DNA of 64,000 nt, from NCBI GenBank assembly GCA_039818205.1, contig JBCBUK010000007.1, positions 160,001-224,000 on the forward strand, given 5' to 3'. The stretch comes from Verrucomicrobiota bacterium (lineage in GTDB: Bacteria > Verrucomicrobiota > Verrucomicrobiia > Opitutales > Cerasicoccaceae). The position numbers and the translations under genes are program-made. Below are positions 54,794 through 62,488 of the stretch, in pieces. Position 1 is the stretch's first letter, and every line of letters starts with the position of its first letter. The notes under the pieces were generated by a model, which saw nothing but the letters and a program-made list of their open reading frames with translations, was not told the DNA's origin and did not search any database.

Positions 54794-55903
54794 ATGGGAC
54801 GAAAGAAGAAAGGCGCACGGGTATACAGAATTAAGCATCCCACAATGAACTGGCAGGTAACGCTTACTCAGTCAGACGGACGCAAAATACGGGAATACTT
54901 CAAAAAGGAGTCGGACGCTAACAAACGAGCTGAAGAGCTCAACCAGAGAATACTGATCGAAGGAGTTGATGGGGTTTTATTTGGAGCCGAAGCTCGTGCG
55001 GAATACGCTGCTTGCAAACGCAAGCTAGCTGGACGAGATGTTTCCCTCCTCGCAGTCGTCGACGAATGGTTGAACAGCCATCCGAAAACAATCAAAAAGG
55101 ATTTTAGAGACGCGATTGACGAGTTTTGCGAGGCGAAACGGTCCGCAAATCGAAGAGAAATCACCATATCGAAGTACGCTCGGTGTCTCAAAGAGTTCCA
55201 GCTATTTTCGCTCCTATCAAGCATTGACCAAATCCAACCGCAACATTGCAGGAACTACCTACTACGGCCATCGTTAGCTCCTGCAACTATGCAAAATTAC
55301 CGAGCCACACTGAGCAGTTTCTGTAGCTACTGCAGGAAGCGAGGCTGGCTAGAGACCGATCCATTAAAGTCGATTGATCGTCCGACATTGGATGCAAACA
55401 ATCCGGTTGTATTGTCCCCTGATGAGGTGGCGAGATTCATGGCTTGCTGCGCGAAGCTCAGCGATGGACGGATTGTTCGGGCGGTAGCTCTTCGACTTTT
55501 CGCGGGTTTACGCCCTGGGGAGCAAGAAGTGTTAACTGAGCGAGATATTCTAAAAGATGGGATTCGCGTTGGGGCGGGTAAGATTCGGGGCCGACGCTCG
55601 GTACGCATAGTGCCAATTTCATCAATCCTCAAGGGTTGGCTGGATGCGTTTCCTGATGCTTCGCTCCAACCAACGAACTTCCGCAAGTTGCAGGAGCAAG
55701 CGATTGAGCAAGCTGGACTATCGAAGATTTGGGCAAAGGATATTCTCCGCCATACCTGGATCTCTTACCGGCTGGCCGAAACGAACGACGAACGGCTTGT
55801 CGCGCGGGAGGCAGGAAATTCGCCGGATATCATCTACCGGCACTACTTCCAGCTGGTTTCGGCTGACGACGTCGAGCGATTTGGGAAGTATTGCCTGCTT
55901 TAG
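54794..55903 (+). CDS. Tyrosine recombinase/integrase
   Basis: Three-domain layout. GLRPGE (Arg I), K, DILRHT (Arg II), AGNS and RHY (catalytic Tyr). Adjacent to the tRNA. Confidence 0.92.
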   Translation: MGRKKKGARVYRIKHPTMNWQVTLTQSDGRKIREYFKKESDANKRAEELNQRILIEGVDGVLFGAEARAEYAACKRKLAGRDVSLLAVVDEWLNSHPKTIKKDFRDAIDEFCEAKRSANRREITISKYARCLKEFQLFSLLSSIDQIQPQHCRNYLLRPSLAPATMQNYRATLSSFCSYCRKRGWLETDPLKSIDRPTLDANNPVVLSPDEVARFMACCAKLSDGRIVRAVALRLFAGLRPGEQEVLTERDILKDGIRVGAGKIRGRRSVRIVPISSILKGWLDAFPDASLQPTNFRKLQEQAIEQAGLSKIWAKDILRHTWISYRLAETNDERLVAREAGNSPDIIYRHYFQLVSADDVERFGKYCLL

Positions 55904-56400
55904 CTTCCTGAATCCTCGAAGGAAACAATCGTTTTGTCGCCTTGGAATTGGTCATGTCCGGTGAGCGATGCGAAATCGTCTCCCTGGAAGATCATCTGTT
56001 GTGGACGATCTTCTTGAGCAAAGACAGATTGAGCGTTGTAGGCCCGCCACGGCCAATCGTTAGGACGGTTTTCCCGAATGAACTCTTTCAGGGCTTCCAT
56101 TCGATTGCATAGGCGCAATCCGTTATGGAGATTCTCGTTTGAATCGCTCGAATCCAATACCGGCGACTCCCATTCCGGAAGGGTCAGGTCAAGGTAGCTG
56201 ATTTGCTGCTCTAGTAGCATGATTTCCTCGGTGAGCATTAGCAGGATTCGACGCCGCTCACTGAGATCGCTGTTTGCCCACAGCGCGCAGCGAAAATACC
56301 ACGCAGCCGGGCGCATTGAGTGTTCTGCATTTGTGTCCGTCATGTTACAAAGTATTGGACGAAGAATTGAAGTCTTGAGCTGTTTAGCGGTCAACGACAA
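55900..56400 (-). CDS. Hypothetical element protein (start TTG 56400 or ATG 56343)
   Basis: Abuts the RHH gene stop and overlaps the integrase stop by 4 nt. Confidence 0.6.
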   Translation of the reverse strand: MSLTAKQLKTSILRPILCNMTDTNAEHSMRPAAWYFRCALWANSDLSERRRILLMLTEEIMLLEQQISYLDLTLPEWESPVLDSSDSNENLHNGLRLCNRMEALKEFIRENRPNDWPWRAYNAQSVFAQEDRPQQMIFQGDDFASLTGHDQFQGDKTIVSFEDSGS

Positions 56401-56676
56401 TCAGCTGGCGGCCTTCTTTGCTTTGCCTGACCGTGATTTCCTCTTGTAGGGGCTGGCCGCATCCGTTGGCTCGGCCTGCGTCGTTTTTGCGGCTTTGGTA
56501 GTGGGAACCACCTTGAGTGGGCTGCTGATGTAGCCGTTTTCCTTGTAGAACTCAATTATGGCCCGCGCGGCGTGCCTGAGGAGCATGCCAGCGGGCATAT
56601 CAACCTCTGCGCAAATTGCTTCGAACTCCTCTTTGAGGTCATCTTCCACGGTAACATTGATCTGTTTTCGAGCCAT
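56401..56676 (-). CDS. Ribbon-helix-helix transcriptional regulator (putative repressor)
   Basis: KQINVTV beta-strand followed by the helices DDLKEEFEAIC and AGMLLRHAARAII. Divergent from the replication operon. Confidence 0.7.
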   Translation of the reverse strand: MARKQINVTVEDDLKEEFEAICAEVDMPAGMLLRHAARAIIEFYKENGYISSPLKVVPTTKAAKTTQAEPTDAASPYKRKSRSGKAKKAAS

Positions 56677-56826
56677 GGTATAGAAAACCTACAATTTTTT
56701 TTCGAATTGTCGAGTTTTCTAAGTCAGTGATCCTTCGCGCCTTATCTGTATAGAGAAACTATATCGCGAGTAGGATGTATATTTTTCTATTGTGAATATA
56801 GGTATCCTACGCATAAGTTTTCTTCC
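56677..56826. promoter_or_regulatory. Divergent promoter/operator region of the element
   Basis: AT-rich, with the inverted repeat GTAGGAT.TATATT...AATATA..ATCCTAC at 56770-56810. Confidence 0.5.
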
Positions 56827-57072
56827 ATGAGCAAGAAGAACGAACTGAAGGACTGGGTAACGCCGGCATTTGTGGCTCGGCGGTTTTGTCTTAGTCCATC
56901 CACAATTTTGAAACACATCATCGCCGGAAACATTGAAGCGTTTCCGAGCCGCTTAAACAAAAAGGGCCGCCCGTCTGGTTTCCGCATAAAGCGGACTGAG
57001 GTCATGCGTTTGGATCGGTGCGGGATTCGTCCGCGCATCCACAATTTCAACAACGGCCTTCGCGCCATTTGA
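56827..57072 (+). CDS. Excisionase-like helix-turn-helix protein
   Basis: WVTP..VARRFCLSPSTI...I..G.I.A......FRI...EV, the MerR/Xis-like winged-HTH pattern. Confidence 0.7.
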   Translation: MSKKNELKDWVTPAFVARRFCLSPSTILKHIIAGNIEAFPSRLNKKGRPSGFRIKRTEVMRLDRCGIRPRIHNFNNGLRAI

Positions 57073-57079
57073 GGGCCTT

Positions 57080-57283
57080 GTGATGCTGGACGAGAAAACA
57101 GACTACAACGTTATCATCTGCGAGCAATGCGGCGGCGTTGGTTATCACTGGTTCGAGGAACGGCTAGACGGGTACGGAAAGAACACCCGCCAGCACAAGG
57201 AGGAGTGCTGCGCATGCCAGGGCTCGGGCCGTTTGTCCGTGGAGACCACGACACGCATCAAACCATTCGGAGTATCCAGATGA
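57080..57283 (+). CDS. Small DnaJ-type zinc-finger protein
   Basis: CEQCGGVG and CACQGSG (two CxxCxGxG repeats). Confidence 0.7.
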   Translation: MMLDEKTDYNVIICEQCGGVGYHWFEERLDGYGKNTRQHKEECCACQGSGRLSVETTTRIKPFGVSR

Positions 57284-57639
57284 TCTCTACAGCATACCAC
57301 TTTGGGCGACAGCAATTGGGCACAAAGCGTTTCTTGGCGCGAGGTCCTGAATCCCACATCGAGGAAAGAAGAGGAGCGAGCGCGATGAATCATTCTTCCT
57401 TTCTGCTCGTTGCAGTTACCCCGCTGGGTGGGTCTTTGGCTTTGCCAGGCCTGCCCAGCACTGACTTTTGCGCTCAACTCGTGTCAACCCGTCCGGCTTC
57501 GCAGGATGCGACCGGGCGGGATCAGGAGAGATTTCAGAATGACTTTATCACGGAGGGCTTGTTACCCCGTTTAATCCAACTATTCGCACCCCCACTGCGG
57601 GTCGCAGGCGTAGCCGAAGACGGGAAGGCTCCTCAATGA
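57280..57639 (+). CDS. Hypothetical ORF overlapping the putative replication origin
   Basis: ATGA-coupled to both neighbours; no motif recognised. Confidence 0.4.
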   Translation: MISTAYHFGRQQLGTKRFLARGPESHIEERRGASAMNHSSFLLVAVTPLGGSLALPGLPSTDFCAQLVSTRPASQDATGRDQERFQNDFITEGLLPRLIQLFAPPLRVAGVAEDGKAPQ

Positions 57640-58598
57640 AACTTAACAAGATGGACCGCGGCGAAGCGTACTCGATGGGTCGCACCGAAACCGCCTACGC
57701 CGACGAATACGCCAACAACGATTTACCTTCAGGTGAGATTCAAGTTCTGCCGTACCGGGCTAAGAGTTACCTTTGCGATGGTGGCGGACGATTGATTCAT
57801 CGTGACATGGTGCGCCGGGGTATGCCGACCGATTTTACGGGCTGGTTGTTCGTTACGCTCACGCTCGATCGCGAGTTCTTCGACCACGACCCCGAGCTCG
57901 GATACTTAGTTGGCAAGGAGCGTATGCGACGCTTCTTCGATTACTTAAAGAAGCATGGTCACAAAATCGAAAAGTGGATTTGGAAGCTCGAGTTTCATCC
58001 CGAATCTCCCGAGTGGGTGCACTGGCATCTGCTATTGGATCATCGGAAGTTTGTGCCTTGGGAATTGATTCAGCGCGCTTGGAATCTTGGACGCGTCAAC
58101 GTCGAGCGAGTCGAGAGTTACGCTCAGGGTCAACGCATCGGCGAGTATGAGTTTAAGTATGTCTTCAAGGAAGGCATGGGCCCGCCCAAGTGGCTGCTGA
58201 AGTATAAGCGCATTCGCTTCATCCAAACGAAGGGCATCTTCGAAAAGAAGTCTAAGACCAAAGATGAGACCGTCGAAGAGGAGCTAAACCGCAAAGAGGA
58301 ACAGCACGCTTACGAAGGCAAAGACAACCGTAGCGAGTCGCCCACGATCGGTGAGCGCATGCAGATGTGGAAGCGCAAGATTACGGCGGTCTACGACACC
58401 GCTGAAGGTAAGCAAGTGCGGTCCTATGAACTCGTAACGACCGCCGAACGTTTCTTCGGCCACCTTTGGAATTTACCAACTAACCTTCGGTGCTTGATGG
58501 CACCGTTTCACGCGATTGTTCGCAAACATCAAATAATACTAGATTATGTCAGAGTTAACAACCACCTCGCCACGCATCTCCAAGGCGCTCTTGGATAA
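57636..58598 (+). CDS. HUH-superfamily rolling-circle replication initiator (Rep)
   Basis: Motif I FVTLT (57849-57863), motif II HWH (58020-58028) and motif III YEFKYVFK (58146-58169). Confidence 0.88.
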   Translation: MKLNKMDRGEAYSMGRTETAYADEYANNDLPSGEIQVLPYRAKSYLCDGGGRLIHRDMVRRGMPTDFTGWLFVTLTLDREFFDHDPELGYLVGKERMRRFFDYLKKHGHKIEKWIWKLEFHPESPEWVHWHLLLDHRKFVPWELIQRAWNLGRVNVERVESYAQGQRIGEYEFKYVFKEGMGPPKWLLKYKRIRFIQTKGIFEKKSKTKDETVEEELNRKEEQHAYEGKDNRSESPTIGERMQMWKRKITAVYDTAEGKQVRSYELVTTAERFFGHLWNLPTNLRCLMAPFHAIVRKHQIILDYVRVNNHLATHLQGALG

Positions 58599-59046
58599 GT
58601 TCTTCATCCAGCCTGAGGCTGAGAAGCTCAAAGGAAAACACCACGTCGAAGGGCTACTGCTTGCCGGACGCGTTACCACGATCAAGCACACGCCGCATAC
58701 GAGCGAGAGAAATGGCGAGACCATCTTCAAAGTGCAAACGGCGATCGAGATCGAATCCGACGGGCGCAAGTATCAATACTCCAGTTGGTCGAACCTCAAC
58801 GAGGGACAAGAACCCATCGAGCTTAAGCGCGATACGCATTACATCTTTAGCGTCGGAGGACTCAAGAGCCACCGAGTTACCGATGGCACTTATACCGATC
58901 GCAACGGAAACGAACGGGCTAACACGGTCGCCGAACTCACCGAGGTTCGCCGGCTAGAAGTAGCCGAGTTGGAAATTCGCCCGAAGGGCGCGAGCTCCAC
59001 GCCTTCGGATGCGGATGCGCGGCAGCGCGCCGCGACGAAGTCGTGA
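58546..59046 (+). CDS. Putative ssDNA-binding protein (pV-like position)
   Basis: Beta-rich and soluble; lies between rep and the coat gene as gene V does. The call rests mostly on position. Confidence 0.5.
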   Translation: MSELTTTSPRISKALLDKFFIQPEAEKLKGKHHVEGLLLAGRVTTIKHTPHTSERNGETIFKVQTAIEIESDGRKYQYSSWSNLNEGQEPIELKRDTHYIFSVGGLKSHRVTDGTYTDRNGNERANTVAELTEVRRLEVAELEIRPKGASSTPSDADARQRAATKS

Positions 59047-59120
59047 GCTCCTTTCCTTGTTATACCTGTCGTAACTGACGCCAAATTTCGTCGACGAACC
59101 AAACCAAAACCAAGATCAAA

Positions 59121-59321
59121 ATGAATCCATTCAAAAACATATGGGCCGTCTTCTTCTGCATGATGGCAACGACGTTTGCCCAAGTAACCACATCGGACCT
59201 AAGCGCGGTTGAAACCGCCGTGGGCGATGTCGAAACCATCTGGGGAACAATCGCTACGATCATCATCGGCGTTGCTGCCGTGATGGTGGGTAAGAAGTTC
59301 CTCCGAAGGGCAGGCTCCTAA
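59121..59321 (+). CDS. Inovirus-type major coat protein (pVIII-like procoat)
   Basis: 20-aa signal ending TFA. The 46-aa mature part has an acidic amphipathic N-terminus, the TM segment IWGTIATIIIGVAAVMVG and the basic tail KKFLRRAGS. Confidence 0.85.
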   Translation: MNPFKNIWAVFFCMMATTFAQVTTSDLSAVETAVGDVETIWGTIATIIIGVAAVMVGKKFLRRAGS

Positions 59322-59329
59322 ATCAACAC

Positions 59330-59362
59330 AGGGGCGGGCCATAAACCCGCCCCTTTTATTTT
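59330..59362 (+). terminator. Rho-independent terminator after the coat gene
   Basis: AGGGGCGGG-ccataaa-CCCGCCCCT-TTTATTTT. Confidence 0.85.
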
Positions 59363-59691
59363 CGACTCGCGATGCGCGATGGAAATTGGTCTAACTTGGT
59401 TAGTGTGTGCCACCGGCGTGTTTCATTATGCAAATACTCGATAATCTAACTTCCGAGAAAAGAGATCAAGTCTCACCATAAAGGCGTTGAATTTGAGAAT
59501 GAAATTGCTCCCAAGTCGAAAACGCCTGCGGCCCAAATCGAAATTATCTATTGTTGTAAACCCTAGAAAAATAACGATTTGCGTGAATCAAAAATACCAA
59601 AACTGAGAAAGAACCTAATTAGTCCTCCGAAAAGCAACCGCTATCACTACACATTCTATTATTTCGTCAAACGATTGCTAGTCCAATTACA

Positions 59692-59713
59692 TTGACAAGC
59701 GACTTAGTCTCAA
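59692..59713 (+). promoter_or_regulatory. Candidate -35 box with an overlapping Fur-like palindrome
   Basis: TTGACA at 59692-59697. AAGCGACT-T-AGTCTCAA is an imperfect 8-1-8 palindrome upstream of the iron ABC operon. Confidence 0.35.
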
Positions 59714-59869
59714 TTTCATAAAGTCACAGTATCGAGACCACCGTAACAAAAATTTAACCAAAAATTTTCGATTCGGTATCGGGCTTTGGACGATCTTCCG
59801 AGACTGATTGATCATACGACCCCTCTAGCAAACAAATCTCTGAACACTTTTATATTGAGCGCGCCTACG

Positions 59870-60880
59870 ATGAAACGAAGCAGTATCTCCCTTGTAATAT
59901 TTGGTCTAATAGGATTTTCACTATCCTTAGATGCGCTGACGGTTTACAGCTTCCGACATTATCCAGCCGACGATGCTTTGTTTGAAAAATTCACCGAGCA
60001 AACTGGCATTCCGGTAGAGGTTGTTAAAGCCAAAGCGGGAGCGCTCTTGGAACGCCTAGAAGCAGAAGGTGATCAGTCACCGGCGGACATTCTGATTACC
60101 TCTGACGCAGCCCGCCTGCACATAGCGACTGAGAAAGGTCTTTTGCAACCAATCGACTCACCGATCCTTAAAGAGCGGATTCCTCCTTACCTGCGTGACC
60201 CGAACGACAACTGGTTCGGTTTTACACAGCGAGCTCGAGTCTTCGTATACAATCCGGAATCTGTTTCTAGTAAAGACCTGACGACCTATGAAGATCTCGC
60301 CAATCCAGAGTGGCGAGGTCGGATTGTATGCCGTTCATCCTCTAACGTTTATAATCAGTCTTTGTTGGCATCAGTCATCGCAGCGGACGGAAAAGACGCT
60401 GCGATCAATTGGGCAAAAGGTGTAAGAAAGAACATGGCGCGCGCACCGCAGGGCAATGACCGGGACCAAATCCGCGCAGTAGCAAAGGGCTTAGCCGATC
60501 TCGCAATCGTGAACACCTACTACGTCGGTCTAATGTTGAATTCAGATGACCACAAAGACCGAAAAATCGCCCAACGGCTAAAAATATTCTTCCCTAACCA
60601 GGCTAACCGCGGCACTCACATAAATATCAGCGGAGCAGGCATCACCAAAGCTTCGAAAAACATTGAGGATGCCAAAGCCTTTCTAGAATTTTTGGCATCC
60701 GATGAAGCCCAAAGCACATTCCCAAACGCAACTTACGAATATCCTGTAGTAAATGAGGTTGAGTGGTCCGAACAACAAAAGGAGTGGGGCCAGTTTAAAT
60801 CAGACACCCTATCACTAGACCTCCTAGGCGAGAATAACGCCAACGCGATTCGCGTATTCAACCTAGCGGGTTGGGAGTAA
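59870..60880 (+). CDS. Fe(III) ABC transporter substrate-binding protein (FbpA/FutA-like)
   Basis: VYS.RHY, EG.QSPAD, SSNVYNQS, PQGNDR, NTYY and GTHINISG. Confidence 0.92.
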   Translation: MKRSSISLVIFGLIGFSLSLDALTVYSFRHYPADDALFEKFTEQTGIPVEVVKAKAGALLERLEAEGDQSPADILITSDAARLHIATEKGLLQPIDSPILKERIPPYLRDPNDNWFGFTQRARVFVYNPESVSSKDLTTYEDLANPEWRGRIVCRSSSNVYNQSLLASVIAADGKDAAINWAKGVRKNMARAPQGNDRDQIRAVAKGLADLAIVNTYYVGLMLNSDDHKDRKIAQRLKIFFPNQANRGTHINISGAGITKASKNIEDAKAFLEFLASDEAQSTFPNATYEYPVVNEVEWSEQQKEWGQFKSDTLSLDLLGENNANAIRVFNLAGWE

Positions 60881-60882
60881 AC

Positions 60883-62487
60883 GTGAATCGCCAATTGCAG
60901 CTGCGCCGAGCAGTTGACAGCTGGTCGATTAGCACGGTCGTCGTTTGTTTGGCGATCTTGACCCCGTTGGCAGTCATTTTCCTATCGGTTTTTAAGACAG
61001 CCCCCGACTGGCAGCACATCCAGTCTACTGTTCTCACCCTCTATATAGGCAATACACTCTTCCTAGTTTTCGCAGTAGGATTTGTCGCGTTTCTTTTCGC
61101 TGCACCGACTGCTTGGTTTGTGGTCTACTACGATTTCCCTGGCAAACGGTGGCTATCATGGGCCTTGGTCTTGCCCTTGGCGATTCCCACGTACGTCGCG
61201 GCCTTCACCTACTACGATTTATTAGACCACACGATACCCTTGATAGTTGCTGCAAGGAAAGCCTGGGGGTTTGAGGCCTCCCAAAGGTTGGAACAAATTC
61301 TTCGATACGGCTTGCTCGTCCTCCTGATGAGCAGTGTCCTCTACCCATACATCTTCTTTACTCTCCGGGCGTCATTTATGCGCCAGCAAGCGGTTTTCCT
61401 AGAGGCAGGCCGTATGCTGGGCAAATCAACTGGCAGTATTTTCTGGCAGATCGCACTCCCCCTATCCAGACCAGCATTGGTGGCAGGCCTCGGCCTAGTG
61501 GCGATGGAAGTAATCAATGATTATGGCGCCGTCAATTTCTTTGGAGCTCCGACACTGACAGAAGGGATATTCCGAACTTGGTTCGGACTGGAGGATCAAG
61601 CATCGGCAATGCGCCTGGCCTTATCAATGACCGTGCTCGTCCTCATTTTGCTTGGATTTGAATTGTGGACCCGTCGACGGGTGCGCTTCGCGGCCGGAGA
61701 ACTCGAAGGGCATAGCCTCATGCCAGTCCGAATTCGCGGGTACAAGGGTTGGCTGATTACATTCATATGTATTGTTCCTCTTTTCACAGGATTTCTTTTC
61801 CCTGTCTTCCGCCTGCTACATTGGGCCGTGCTTTCATTTGGAGATTTTGACTTTTCTACCATTGGCCCACAGATAACCAAAAGCTTAATACTCGCGGCCA
61901 CAACTACCGTTATACTCGGAGCTGTCGCATTACTATTCGCGTTTTGCGGACGAGTACACCCTAGTCTAAGTCTTCGCCGAATAATTCGTGTAGCAACCAT
62001 AGGATATGCGATACCTGGTGCAGTCATTGCAGTCGGCGTTATGACCTTGTTCGGCACGGTCGACCAAATGGTTTCTCATCACATCCTTGGCGGAAGCCTA
62101 TTTGCGCTTGGGTTCGCTTACCTCATTCGGTTCCTCACGATTGCATACCAACCACTTGATGCGGGGATGAATAGCGTTGGTCAAAGCCTTCTTGATGCAT
62201 CGTTCATTCTAGGCAGGTCGAGAATTCAAACGCTTCTAAGAATACACCTCCCTTTGTTGATGCCAGTGCTGCTTGCGGCATCAATTCTCGTCTTTATCGA
62301 TATCCTTAAAGAACTTCCGCTTACTTTGATCCTGCGGACAAGTGACTTTGAAACACTAGCAACCTATGCTTTCGGATTTGCAAAAGAGGGCGCAATCTAT
62401 GATTGTTCCATACCGTCGCTTTGTATTATCTTGGCCGGCAGCGTTGGTTTGATTCTGGCCAATCGTTGGATGCGGCCTAGCACATAG
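60883..62487 (+). CDS. Fe(III) ABC transporter permease (FbpB/FutB-like)
   Basis: LPLAIPTY, LYPY, LPLSRPA, GYAIPG and KELP. Confidence 0.92.
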   Translation: MNRQLQLRRAVDSWSISTVVVCLAILTPLAVIFLSVFKTAPDWQHIQSTVLTLYIGNTLFLVFAVGFVAFLFAAPTAWFVVYYDFPGKRWLSWALVLPLAIPTYVAAFTYYDLLDHTIPLIVAARKAWGFEASQRLEQILRYGLLVLLMSSVLYPYIFFTLRASFMRQQAVFLEAGRMLGKSTGSIFWQIALPLSRPALVAGLGLVAMEVINDYGAVNFFGAPTLTEGIFRTWFGLEDQASAMRLALSMTVLVLILLGFELWTRRRVRFAAGELEGHSLMPVRIRGYKGWLITFICIVPLFTGFLFPVFRLLHWAVLSFGDFDFSTIGPQITKSLILAATTTVILGAVALLFAFCGRVHPSLSLRRIIRVATIGYAIPGAVIAVGVMTLFGTVDQMVSHHILGGSLFALGFAYLIRFLTIAYQPLDAGMNSVGQSLLDASFILGRSRIQTLLRIHLPLLMPVLLAASILVFIDILKELPLTLILRTSDFETLATYAFGFAKEGAIYDCSIPSLCIILAGSVGLILANRWMRPST

Positions 62488-62488
62488 T

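Larger units (their letters stand above)
54635..59362. mobile_element. Integrated inovirus-like (filamentous phage) element at tRNA-Thr; right boundary uncertain
   Basis: Integrase, repressor/xis switch, HUH Rep, SSB-like gene and pVIII-like coat gene in phage-like order next to a tRNA 3' end. Confidence 0.85.

Noticed and set aside
59043..59078. GTG-started ORF between the ssb-like and coat genes as a minor coat protein
   Set aside because: It is only 11 codons and not hydrophobic.
59361..59368. TTCGACTC matching the tRNA T-loop, as a possible attR core
   Set aside because: Only 8 nt match, and they are not followed by the displaced tRNA 3' end (CGACAGGTGGC) that an attR would carry.
59372..59606. 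Short ORFs after the coat terminator as pIII/pVII/pIX remnants
   Set aside because: They are 17-35 aa with no convincing signal or TM pattern, so the call cannot be supported.
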